In this document: positions 52,201-64,000 of the stretch, piece after piece
Position numbering within the stretch: position 1 is the stretch's first letter
Layout of the letters: each line of letters starts with the position of its first letter
Source of the DNA: Hydrurus foetidus
Lineage: Eukaryota
Direction: 5' to 3'
DNA length: 64,000 nt
Assembly: GCA_900617105.1 (NCBI GenBank)
Contig: UYFQ01000685.1
Location: forward strand, 1 to 64,000
The notes under the pieces: generated by a model
What the model saw: the letters and a program-made list of their open reading frames with translations, nothing else
What the model was told of the DNA's origin: nothing
Databases searched by the model: none
Translations under genes and position numbers: made by a program

Positions 52201-52487
52201 GCTTCCCTAATTCGATCGTCCATTTCAGCGTTCTTGGCATCCTCCTCTGTCCCGTACTTAATTGTTGTCCAACCTGCCGGTATTTTGGGCTTATCTTCGC
52301 CATTGGCTGCCTTTCTTGCCCAAGCTTTAACACTTTTTGAGGGGTGATTAAATTGACCACCAGATTTGCTGCTGAACCTAAGGGCTAACTTTCCTCTTGA
52401 TATAGACCGGAGAGCATTGTTCATTGACCACCAAGGTGCCATTCCGAGAAGCGCGACAGCTGAGAAGTACCTCAAACCTACCACCAT
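46237..52487 (-). CDS. NOA1: NOA1/YqeH-family circularly permuted GTPase with N-terminal targeting sequence, ~9 exons
   Basis: Zn-finger halves CSGCG...PGY and CQRC. Permuted G motifs ANKVDLLP, VSCQSG, GAANVGKSSFIN, PGTT, IDTPG. C-terminal DVVIAGLGWISIT. Confidence 0.88.
46685..47116. repeat. Compound AATAG/AGTAT microsatellite in NOA1 intron
   Basis: Runs of aatag/aggaatag with a recurring ATAAAACACAACATAATAGTGTAG unit. Confidence 0.9.
47243..47556. repeat. 39-bp minisatellite, ~8 copies, intronic
   Basis: Unit AAATATGATAATATGTGACAACATACAATAAAATTAGAC with few variants. Confidence 0.92.
51077..51318. repeat. (ATCTC)n/(ATGTC)n microsatellite, intronic
   Basis: Pentamer runs seen directly. 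Confidence 0.9.
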
Positions 52488-53947
52488 GTAAGAGAATCAA
52501 ATCAATGATAGATTTGACTCGATGAGGAACTCAAGATCTGCTTTTTCTCGGAAGATGTTCTACAGTTGAAAGGAAAGAGAGGAGGCCAGATTGATTGGAG
52601 TGAGAAATGCGACTTTGGTGGACTGTGTTGTCGGTTATTGGACACGTTCACAATCAGGCAGTACTTACAGTACTTACGGTACCTACGTTGACAGTACCGT
52701 ACGTGCAGCGTTCAGTCGAAGCTGGAAGCCCGCCAAAAACGAGTACATATCCATGTCCCGGATAGTAAGTTCTTTTATTCTTCGTGTGGTTCCTTCGCAT
52801 GGGAATTGTGCGAGAAATGGGGACATCATATGTGTTTAATTGCCCTATATTACGCACAAAATCTACTGTCCGCTATTGGACAGAAGACACTAAGCAACTC
52901 AAGAGGAGTATGTCGAAAGTGCAGTAGCGCAGATTAAACCCTGAAAAGGAGGGCAAATGTGCAGAATAGACGTATGGTGCCCCTATTGAACGATCACCAC
53001 ATCTCAGGTCTCAGAACATATTATGATCGCGGATCAGCTGTAGACCGTATGGGATCGGGCCTGTCGTACGTGCGGCATGATATCTATCCGGTATTTCATC
53101 AAGGCGAGAGAGGTATGCGTGGACCACTGTTGAGGCAGAGAAGAACAAAGAATACGTACCGCGCAGAACGAACTGTACGAAGTCTGCATGCATACGTATG
53201 TACGTGTGGAGCACTTTCAGTGGAACAATGAGGACGAGAGAGGCGCCACAGTACAGTGTACTTCAAAGTTCGTAAGATATCAACGAGCTGTATCCGATAT
53301 TGATGACGTGTACAACATACAGTATCAACTCTCATCGAAACTGTTTTACTCGCCTCAAATTCTGGTTTGAGATTCATCAGTCATCATCTCATCAACTGAA
53401 ATAGACTGATTTAATTGAGTTGAGTTGAATTGGAATAGTTTGACTCTCGAATGCAATCTTTACCTTTTCCTTTGGGGATGATCTAACTTCTAATCTAGAC
53501 CTTTATATCCGACATCACATTACCGAAATAGGAAAAATGTCCAGAACACAGAGTGAGAAGAGGTTTCAGTGCTGTTGAAACCACTATTTCATTTCCACCT
53601 TGGATTCGTTTATATTCTCCGTCATTTTATTCTGTCTCGGCAACACATTGTTAATCCGAGATCCACTGATCAACTATCTTTGAAAACTGTTCTGTTTGAA
53701 GTTTAAAATGGTCGAAAAAATGCGAAAATAAGTTTTAAAATGTCGCTTACCAAGAACTCTATTGTAAAACATTTCCCAATGATCTTATCTGAATGGTGAT
53801 ATGTTAGACGCCTCGCTAATGCAGGTGATGCAATGATTCTCAGTCAGACACACAATTTTGATATTCTTCCTATTCTTCTCTTTTCTATGGTTTTCTTCTT
53901 TTCTTTTTTCTGTTTTTCTGTTTTTTTTCTTCTTTTTTTCCATTTTT

Positions 53948-56900
53948 TCAGTAGTTTCCCTCTGGGATAGAAACAGGAGGAATATCAGGATCAACCGGCC
54001 TTTGGGGAATAAGCAACCAATTGCTGTAAAATTTATCGAAAATTGATGCCAGCCTAGTATTAAATAAATGAGAGAGAAAGAAAAAATGAGATTTAGCTGT
54101 CAGTTTGTTAAAGACATTTCGTTTTTGTTTCTGCTCAAGTAAAGACACTACAATCAACAGCTTTTGTGTTACATTTCTTTTTAATCAAATATTTTTTATG
54201 ATACTTTTACGTTGTAGACGTGATAAAATCAAAATACTAAATATCCATGATTCGTCATTTGTATGATGTGTAATACACACGGTATACTCTGTACATGATT
54301 GGCAATCTAGATGATAATTAATAAACGAGATCCACAATATAACGAATTGTAAAATAACGATTATAATATGTTGATTATAGATGCAATTGTTTACAATAGA
54401 TGTGATTCATGGTGCGCATAATTTATTACATACGTATTTTGCAATATGCATGAGTTGTGATAGACTTGATGTACGCTACGTACGATTTATATTGTGCGTA
54501 CATTCTGAAATATAGATATACATTTCTTATGCATGCTATTTCTATGACTAATAATAAAGAACAAACCCTAATTTGTGTTTTCAGGGAGTATCGTGTGGTT
54601 CAAATGGTGGGTCAAATGATGATTTTGAATTCCATGCACACGACTGCTAACATGTATGATACAAAATATGAGTATAAAAAAGACTTACTTGCTGGCCAAT
54701 ATTTCAAACGCAGTGCCCTTGTTGAAGGTTCGGCAATTAAACCAAACTAGCCTTACTTTCTGCATTGCATATTGAGAAGAAAAAGGAAATAAGAAGAAGA
54801 AAATGAGAGAGAAAAAAGGAAATGAGGGTAGTTGGTAAGTCGACTAAATAAGCGATACCACTCTGCTGCTATACGGAAATAAATGAGTAGTGGCTATACG
54901 GAAATGAATGAGTAGTGGCTATACGGAAATGAATGAGTAGTGGCAGAGAAGCAGATGACGATGTTCAGTAAGAGCGTGTAGTGGGGGTACGGTATTGCAT
55001 GACAGGGTGTTTGATAGAACATTATAAAGCACATTGTTTAATAAAGTGTCACTTAACAAGACGAGAACAAATTATCAAATACAATTAGTGGAAAATACAA
55101 ACTACAGAACACAACAAAATAAAACAAAATATTGAAAAAATACGTAAAAAATACATATAATCGATATGAAAATACCTTTGCAAATAGGGCATGATCAGTG
55201 CCGTAGAAAAGTTCCCTCGCTTCTTCCGTGATAGTTCCGAGGTCCATAGGCTCACGTATGTACGTTCTGTATTTAACGAAGAAAGAGGTACAAAAGATTC
55301 AGTTAAGAGGGAGAGGAAGGTGTGAAAAAAAGAAGGACAAGGGTGGGGATAATAAAGTGGATATCAAAAAATGGTATCACAGAGGGATATGTCGTTTTGA
55401 AATACAGAAGGGCAAAGAGGAAAGTAGTGGAGAGTAGAGAAGATAAGCAAGAGAAAAGAAGAGAAGTGAAGAGAGGAGAAGAGAGAAGATCTGTGAAGGT
55501 ATTGGAGAAGATGTAAATAAAAATGATAATATAGAGACTATAAAAATCAAAAACGTAGAAACAACAATGAAATTTAAACAAAATTCGGATAAATATAGTT
55601 GTCCTGGAACCTAAATCTCACCTGTAGTTTGAGTACAGTTTTGTGTCCACTGGAGCCCAGAATATACTGGTGTTAGGATCTCTGTTATTTAGATGTGAAT
55701 AAATTAATTAGATGCTATTTCAGTTTATAAGGTGGTATGATCTATTTGATTGCAGCGCATTCTTGGATTAAAGTATTACGTTATCTCAATCGAACATTGT
55801 AGAAGGTGGAGGCAGATGATTACAGGCGGAGAAATAGAAAGAGAACAAAGATGGGCGAGTAAGATGATGAAGAAGAGTGATATTGGGAACGAGAAAAGAA
55901 GAGAAAGCAAGAAACAGATAAAGTGAAGAAGAAATGGATTAAAGAAAAAAACGAAAAAAACGAAGAAGAAAAAGGAGAAAACGAAGAAGAAGAAGAGGAA
56001 GATGAAAAAAGAAAAAGAAGAAAAAGAAGAAGACGAGGAAGATGAAAAAGAGGAAAAAGAAGAAGAAGAGGAAGATGAAAACGAGGAAAAAGAAGAAATA
56101 CGAAAAAGATACAAAAAAAGAAGGTAAAAGGGGAAAATAGAAAAATAGGAGGAAAGATAATGATGAGAGGGATCGGGAGAAGTATATGTGTAAGTGCACT
56201 CTATCAAAGTCCATCTTCATCTTCATCTTCATCATTATTATCATCATTATCTCGTCCGCTTCTCACCTGTACAGTTGGCGCAGTATGGACAGCATGCGTA
56301 TCGCGTTCTCCGTATCATCTGCATCTTCAGATCCCTGTTGATCAAATGGCATATGAATGCATATCAGATATGATGTGACATCGAAAAGACAGTATATGGA
56401 ATGACATGTACATGCACATAAGAAATGATGTCACAATAAAAATATTTGGGATAAGTGTACATAGTTTAATGTTCTCTGAGTTCATTAGGATAAAGTGAGA
56501 AATTGTGATGGTGCCAATAACTTGGTAATTATCGCGTAGACTGTGTAGTAACGCGAGAACGGCTTCCCAAATAGGAATTAAAATTAGTATGAGTGTCTTG
56601 GAGATAGATCGCAGTGAAATAAATATTTATCTGATTCTTTTCGGCAATTTCAATAGGAGTTGATGATGCATACTTGATAATGAATAGATAATGAACAAAC
56701 ACCGTATAGGCCATAAAGGAATACTAATAGATGACGGAAAAATGAATTACAAATAGATAATTAACATGATTTGATATGATGTGTGTGTGATCAATCAAAA
56801 TCAAAAGTCATTATAATGTTCCAGTTAGCACTAGATACACACACCTCATCTCTCTCTACCAGCCATCTCCCTTTCAGATTGGCGATGTCAGCATCGAAAT

Positions 56901-59900
56901 CAAAAGCAACAGTCTCATTCTCCGCTCCCTCCTCATCTTCTTCCTCTTCATCTGCATTGTCATTCTCTCCCCTTGTCGTCCCGTTCCTCACGCTGCCTGA
57001 GCTGTAGTTGTGATTCTCCTCCACCTCTTCATCCGAATCTCCCATATAAGAAACTCTCGTCTTTTTTCTTAAGCTTTGTTTCGGCCTTATTTCCTCTTCT
57101 CCTTCCTCTTCATTATCTTCATCATCTTCGTCATCGTCATCGTGATGTTTACGGGAGGGTTTACCGCGCCTACTGCTTTGTCTTTCCGGCTTTTCTGAAA
57201 CTCTATTATTCCTCCTAATCATGCATTATTTTTGAGATTATAAGACTAATATCAAGAAAATGTCTCAGATTAAGACTGATATCAAGACAATGTCTAGACA
57301 ATACGGCTATTTTATAACAACATCAGGAAAACACTCAAAATTTCGAACAAAAACAGGTAGGATACAGAACATATTTGCGATTTTATTCTCACGTTGAAGT
57401 TGGAGGTCCCGGGGGTTTTCTTTCTCCACACACTTCGCACGATCTCGCTCTCTGTTCGTTCTCAGTCGTACATACCTGCACACGATACAACAGAACAAAG
57501 TCAAGTGAGGTGAATGAAAATTTATAGATAAATAAATAAATAAATAAATAAATATATTAAGAAATAAACAAATATATTGATTAGTTGATTAATCAATTAG
57601 TAAATTAATTAGTTGATAAATAAAGTAAGTAAATAAATAAATAACGTTACGTAACATAAAGTAAAGTAAAGTAAAGTAAAGTATGGATAAGAGCAGCACA
57701 AGGACCGTCATTAGAACGAACCGTACCGTATGGTACAAGTGAAACATATTTTAATCAGTTAAGTACAGTATGGTAGGATTATGCTGCATAGACTGGTGCA
57801 CGTCGAAATACACAGTGAAAAAGCTGAGTGCTTGAGTGCTTCTATAACGTCAGATTTTAGGATGTTCCGAAGAACGTTCTTAAGAATATTCGTAAGAACA
57901 ATTAGTAATTGAAGATAGGAATGGTAGGATTATTTGGGAAGTGAAAGTCAGCGACACACAGAAGAGAGAGAGGAGAGATAAATAATGTGAAGACAGGAAA
58001 AGGCGAAAAAAACTTAAAAGAGACAAGAGAGATAAATTGAAAATAATGATGTAGAGAAATGAAAAGGCAAAAGATAGGAGATAGGAGATAAAAAAAAGAC
58101 AATAAAAGACGTAAAAAAGACCTATTATCAATCATTTATGTACCTTGCAATTCCAAGTTTTGAAGGTGTTATGGGCGTTGTCGACATCAGGGTCATCTTC
58201 AGCGGTATCAGCATCATTCTCGTCATCATCTCCCTTCCGCTTTCTAGACGATCTTTTCCCTCTCCCACCTTATTTAAGCAGTACAGTATTTCGTTTGAAT
58301 TATTGAAATAATATCAGAATGATGCTGAGAATCTTTTTGAGTCGTAGTTGTCATTGACCATTAGTTTCGATGAATTCAGTTGCGAACATGGTAAAGTGTT
58401 TTCCAAGTCATGGCACCCACGTTTATTTGTTTTTCAGTTTTTCGGCTCTCCTTGAGGTTTTATGTGATAGCTGAATTTGATAGTGCCCATTTGTGAGCTG
58501 GTAACATATATCTCAACGAGTATTTCACACAATCACATGCATTAAAATGTGAACACTAACACAAACAGGATTGCATGATATCTATACAGTATACAGTATA
58601 TGTAATATAAAATCAATATTTCTCATATCCACTCACTCACCTTCGTCTTCATCATCGTCAAACTCTCCCTTGTCCGTATAGAACCCTTTAGTCTGCGGTC
58701 TCTGCCTAGGAGCCAGTGCGCCACTTGAAGTTGGAGTTGAAGTTCTTCTAGATAGAGAAGATGACGTGGAATTGGTGGGTACGGGATCCCTCTCTCTTTC
58801 CCTTTCTTTTCTTGTACCGTCCGAGCTGCGACTGGTTCGAGAAGGCAGAACCACCTGTACGTACGTCAGTCAAAATTTACGTTACATCATGTTATATTCG
58901 ATTAGATGTGACTTTATGTGAGTTAAATTAAAAAGAGGTCAGTTCTGCTAGGTTAAGTTGAGTTACATTAAAATGAGTGGAGTGAAGTTGAGTGGAATTG
59001 TGGTGTGAGCAGCGATAGCATTCGACAAGCGAATCTCGTGTTACGAATAAATGGTCAGACATTCAAATCGGAACAATTCAATCAGATTCGATTTGCGAAT
59101 GCGAGATAGTCTGTGGTCAGATAGGATAGGACAAGATAAGACAAGATGAAATGATTTAAAATACACCAAGATGAAGACAAATCGAGATAAAGCAAGAGAA
59201 GACATGATGAGACTAGACAGGATAAACTGAGGGAAGACGGGATATGATGGAATAAGAAGAATAGGATGAAGGTTGCCAAACGATAAATCCCTGCGAGACA
59301 TAATAAAACTGATGATCACGAAGCTACAGTCTGACAATCATGTGACATCAATACCAGCACAACCCATGTAGCAGCAACAATTACAATCACAGCAACAGGT
59401 ACAGTCACTGTAGGAACAAAAGTGAAAGCGGCCCTGTAATATGATCAGAAAGGCAGTGCAGTGATAATATCATTAGCATCACGAATACCCCTCACAGTCA
59501 CTTTCCCCGTCACATAACACTCATAATACCTTGTCGTATGCGAATGCTCTGTCTATGCAGTACACCCTTAATGCAACTGCTGAAAGTGTAGCACACCGCA
59601 CCGCAAAGTGAGGATTCGGTAGAGATGTCAACAGACGACTGTGTGGCAGCTGGAAACAAAACATAAAGAGAAACAATACAATTATGGGTCTAGCAATGGC
59701 GCCGAGAGAAAGGGTATGACAAATAGATGAGGAACAAGATATGAGAAGAGAAGAGAAAAAAAGAGAGGGAGAAAAAAAGAGAAGAGAAAAGAGAAAAAAA
59801 GAGAAGAGAAATGGTGAGTGTCTCAATAGAGCATATCAAAGTGAGGAGTGTCGGGTTGACGATCAACAGAAAATGTACATACGTTATTGATGCGCTGATT

Positions 59901-60278
59901 TGAATATGAACGCTTAATTTCATATAACCGATAGAATTGACTCACCTGAAACCAAGGTTTGTTTAAATAGTATTCAAGTAACAAAACACACTCCATGAGA
60001 ACGGTCGGGGAGACAGCTTGTTCTACCGCCGCTCTCCACGCTTGGTCCATGACATCGTTCCAACCGCAGGGTTCTGGGAGGGAGGGGGAGGGGGGTTAAG
60101 TGACGTATGTATGATATAATGCAGCTTTTGATATAAGGGACTCATATTTTAGTTGAAAGTTTAAAAATTGTGATTTCAAAGAGATGAGGAGATGCAATAT
60201 CAGATGGGTAAAGATGTCGGTCCGTGGATTAAGGAATGAAAAGAAGAATGAAAGAAGGAAAGAAAGAAAAAGAAAGAA

Positions 60279-60314
<36 letters not shown>

Positions 60315-60318
60315 AGAA

Positions 60319-60370
<52 letters not shown>

Positions 60371-63300
60371 ACAAAAGAAGGAAAAGAGTAATGAGAACAG
60401 AAGTACACCTGTGAGCTGAGAGAACGCATCTACATTATCCGCACTCTCATCCGACAGAGAAGACAGTAAGATTGATCCTGTGGGCAAGGCGTGGTATAGA
60501 TATGCGATGGAGCGTTTCACCGCATCCATCTCAGATAGGATAGGGGCAACAGAGCCGTTACACACGACGGAGAAGACATCTCCTTCTTTCTTACGTACGG
60601 CAAATTGACGACCAGCGATCTAAGAATGATTGATAATAGAAAATAGAAATGGTCAAGAATGACGAACTAATTCACATCTCCAATACTTTATGTGATGCGG
60701 CAAAGTGTATATAATTAATGATTGATGTTTGATCGTATCTAGTCAGCGTGTGTACTGAACGTACGTGTATAAATTTGGCTGCTTGCAGTCTGTCGAGTGC
60801 ATCAGGCATGCCGCATCTCTTAACTCTTGAAGTGACGGTTACGGGATATATGAGAGGTTTCACGCCACTAACATCCTTGCCCTAAAAAATGGTGAAATAG
60901 AGTGGAACAAAATAGAAATGTTGTCATTTTTTATTCAACTGTTTTGAAAATGGGAATTGATTCATTCTGTAAATTCTAAGAAAATGTATTTTTCAGAGTG
61001 AAAATGATTAAATTAATGAAACTTACACAACAAAATAAATGAGTGAAATATCAACTGAACCAAAATTTGGTTGAAAAATCGTAGCCATCGCTACAGACCG
61101 AAATTCTTCCACTTCTTACAGATACCTTGTGGAACAACAAAAACTTCTAATACACTGCAACTCACTTTTACGGTACATATTAGGAAAGTTTCGTTAGTAC
61201 GGCATACGTACTAACATTATGATCATACATCATAATGTTATTTGATAATATTTACATTATGGCATACATCTGGAAGCACTTAACAAAGTAGCAAATTTAT
61301 TCATATCAAAAGATAATCGCTAAAAATGAAACACGAGTGAGTACTCACTACAGCTCACCTCAAAGATAAAGGATATAGTGTAGTTTCCTGATCTTTTAAA
61401 GCTGAGTGTGGAGAAGTAAAACAGATGGTCGCTCCAAGCTTCGCTCAAGGGGGTGTAAGCAAGGGGTGGGGACAAACCCTCCCTAAAGGGATTGGGAGGG
61501 ATAGGAGAATTAGAGGAATGACGTACTAAATATTGTGTGGAGGCGGGGAAGGTGTCAGGGCTCCTTGGGGTGTGTGCTTTGAATAAAATAGAATTGTAAT
61601 ATAGTATAGGGAAGAACAGATTAACATGATATAGTGTAGTAAAGGATAGTACAAGGTAGTGTATAATATTATAGAATGAAATGGTATTCTACGTGATAAG
61701 ATCAGATAGAATAGTGTAGAACAGCATGTGATAGAAGGAGATAAGATATGCCAAAATAAAATTGTTCATGATAAAAGTGTCTATTAATTAAAAGCAGTCG
61801 AAAATGTGTTCACAACTCAATAATCCGATTTGCATCAAAAACGCAGCTTATTCCTGACGAAAAATAATCTATAAAAAAGTAGTCAATAAACATTAACTTC
61901 TAAAAGCAATCATTGATAGTATAAATTTAATTTTTAAGTGCTACATTCTTGCCTGTGTATTTGGTACGTTACAGTTACCGAACCCTTGGGGAATTTTAAT
62001 TTTTTGCCCGCACTGTTGACTATAGCAACACCGTAGTATCTGCATATTAGGAGATGAAATAGCAGTGTATCGATTTGAAGTGACAATGAGATGAGAGGAG
62101 AGGGGAAAAGAAGAGCGTTAAGAGAAGGGAAAGGAAGAGAAGGGAGAGGAAGAGAAGGGAGAGGAAGAGAAGGGAGAGGAAGAGAAGGGAGAGGAAGAGA
62201 AGGGAGAGGAAGAGAAGGGAGAGGAAGAGAAAGGAAAAGAAGAGAAGGGAAAGGAGATATTGGGAGAGAGAAGAAGGGGATTCAATGAAATGGGGAGAGG
62301 AAGAAGTAAAGAAAACAAGCAAGTAGAGACAAATGAATGTGCAGTGAGACACGGCATGAATGTACGGCATGTCAAACAGATCAGTCAATCAGCCTATCTA
62401 ACGCTGTTAATTCGAAGATACTTTAATCATGCTTGGGATAGAGCTTAATATTCCGAAAATCTGTTTGTCTCGATAGATGACAGAAAGCGCTCTTCCACTT
62501 AAAACAACGATCTTATCGATTACATACACGCAACTCAACCATAAGTGGCGTCAGCGATCAGCGGCATATCTTACAATATGTATCCCCCCCCCCACCACCA
62601 CCACACACACACATTATCACGCATTCACTAATATACACACACACACACATAAACACTAACCTTCCTCCCTGGAACTTGAAGTACGATTTGTGCGACACTT
62701 CTTCTTCTCCAAGCTCCTCTTCGTCATCAGCCTGTGTGGGGTAGTGCAGTGTTGAGTGAGGGGTAAGGGGTGTGGTGTGACGTGATGCAGTGTGATGCCA
62801 TGCAGTGCAGTGAAATGCAGTGTTGTCTGTGAGGAGCAGTGACGAGTGGGGGGTGAGGTGTGATGCAGTGTAGTGTTGCCTGTGAGACGGTGTGAGAGAT
62901 GTGTGTGATGTGGTGTAAGTTCTGCAGAAAAGCAGAGAGTAGGATAGGATAGGATAGGATAGGATGGGACAGAATAGTAAGATGATGTACGTGACAGCGT
63001 ACTTACACCCACCTCTTCAAAAACCGTTTCTTGATGTATGAGGTATTGCCTCTGTACGTCCGGGTTCTTCCCCGTCACAATTAACTTCAAGGTTAGAGGA
63101 GTGTTGTCCGCAGTGGGGACGGGGAGGGAGACCTGAAAAAGAGGAGGAAAGGGGGGGATGCAGGAGTGAATGTTAAAGTGTTCTGAGTAGAGTGAGAATG
63201 ACTGAGAACTTGATCATGGTGATAATACGCAGTCGATGCTATTCATCAGCGGACCCTGGAACTAATTCCATCAGAACATACACAAATACAAGAGATCTGA

Positions 63301-63940
63301 CAAATTGTAATTCGTCAGATTACAACTATTTCCATCTTTGTCTCACTTTTCTGCCCGGCCTGGAAAACTCTTCTTCTTGTTGACGCGAAGGATCGGAAGA
63401 TTCCGTAACGTCAACTTCAGCATCCTCTTCTTCACTGTTACCGGTGTTAGCCGTATCTACGGTTACGTCTTTATCTTTATCTTCAATTTTTTCTATTTTT
63501 TCAGGTTCAACTTTTTTCTCTGTCAGATAGGAGTATACTATATTTTGAATGAGTTCTTTATCTTCCTGACTGTCACCTAAATACTCCACTATTCTACGGA
63601 TTTGAGTCAAATCCGTTATAACTTTCCATTCTTTTACGGATTTTACTGGTGGTGTGATTTCTGTGATTGCAGTTGTACTTACACCATTATTGTTTGGTTC
63701 TATATTTGCATCACTTTCTTTCTCGTCTCCTTCTGACTCTTCCTCATCCTCATCCTCATCATCATCATCGTCATCATCTTCTCTTTCTTCTTCATATCTT
63801 TCTAATGCTCTCAATTTTCTGAATGCATCTCTGTCTTTATCTCTGTCTCTGTCTCTATCTCTATTTCCGCTTAGTACGCTTCCTCCCTCCCTGTTACGTA
63901 CGGAGGAAGTTAGTACATACATCATAAGAATTGTACTCAT
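53948..63940 (-). CDS. 3' part of a WHIM/WSD + C-terminal bromodomain chromatin protein (BAZ1A/ACF1-like); 5' end outside window
   Basis: WHIM2-like WKVITDLTQIRRIVEYLG...DKELIQNI and WHIM3-like AWRAAVEQAVSPTVLMECVLLLEYYLNKPW. Bromodomain split over small exons: FWAPVDTKLYSNY / IREPMDLGTI / VRLVWFNCRTFN / LASIFDKFYSNW. Stop at 53948-53950. Confidence 0.75.
54868..54943. repeat. 25-bp tandem repeat x3, intronic
   Basis: GCTATACGGAAATGAATGAGTAGTG repeated three times. Confidence 0.85.
60238..60385. repeat. (AAAG)n microsatellite, intronic
   Basis: Seen directly. Confidence 0.9.
62120..62250. repeat. 15-bp purine repeat GGAAGAGAAGGGAGA, intronic
   Basis: About 7-8 tandem copies seen directly. 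Confidence 0.9.
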
Positions 63941-64000
63941 CAGTGATTAATTGCACCTATGTAACAATGTGGATGAACACATCCAGCTTCAAATAACAGT

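Noticed and set aside
52600..53300. GTAC/CGTACG-rich patches (also ~36390-36440 and ~45400-45460) as a regulatory motif
   Set aside because: Enrichment cannot be established by eye, and similar motifs occur in introns.
55776..62388. Phe/Ser/Leu-rich and Lys/Glu/Arg-rich ORFs
   Set aside because: Derived from purine/pyrimidine simple repeats in introns of the bromodomain gene.

Overview
Intron-rich eukaryotic nuclear DNA, most consistent with a plastid-bearing stramenopile (ochrophyte, possibly chrysophyte-like). This is inferred from a Derlin with a bipartite leader, a signal-peptide-bearing YqeH/NOA1 GTPase, HA-repeat proteins and PT/PS mucin repeats. Left to right: a decayed Ty1/Copia element whose 3' LTR abuts a 1.3-kb non-autonomous TIR element; a WRKY/FLYWCH-like zinc finger + AT-hook gene; a probable SELMA Derlin; a GT4 glycosyltransferase; a TA-flanked TIR element with a nested MITE; an HA-repeat protein; a small helical protein; an ABCG half-transporter; an OCRL/INPP5B-like 5-phosphatase; a type-I membrane mucin with ~101 near-identical 20-aa repeats; a giant modular PPR gene; a NOA1/YqeH GTPase; and the 3' part of a WHIM/WSD + bromodomain chromatin protein. 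The most notable unannotated structure is at ~22.8-24.5 kb. Two conserved units alternate there (A-B-A-B-A, ~635-bp period) between unrelated spacers. Each spacer carries a short minus-strand exon, so each unit sits in its own intron ~80-95 nt upstream of the 3' splice site. Unit A looks like a box C/D snoRNA with an LSU rRNA guide, and unit B like an H/ACA snoRNA with an SSU rRNA pseudouridylation pocket. Together they suggest a non-coding snoRNA host gene. All calls were made by eye, and rRNA target sequences are recalled rather than searched.
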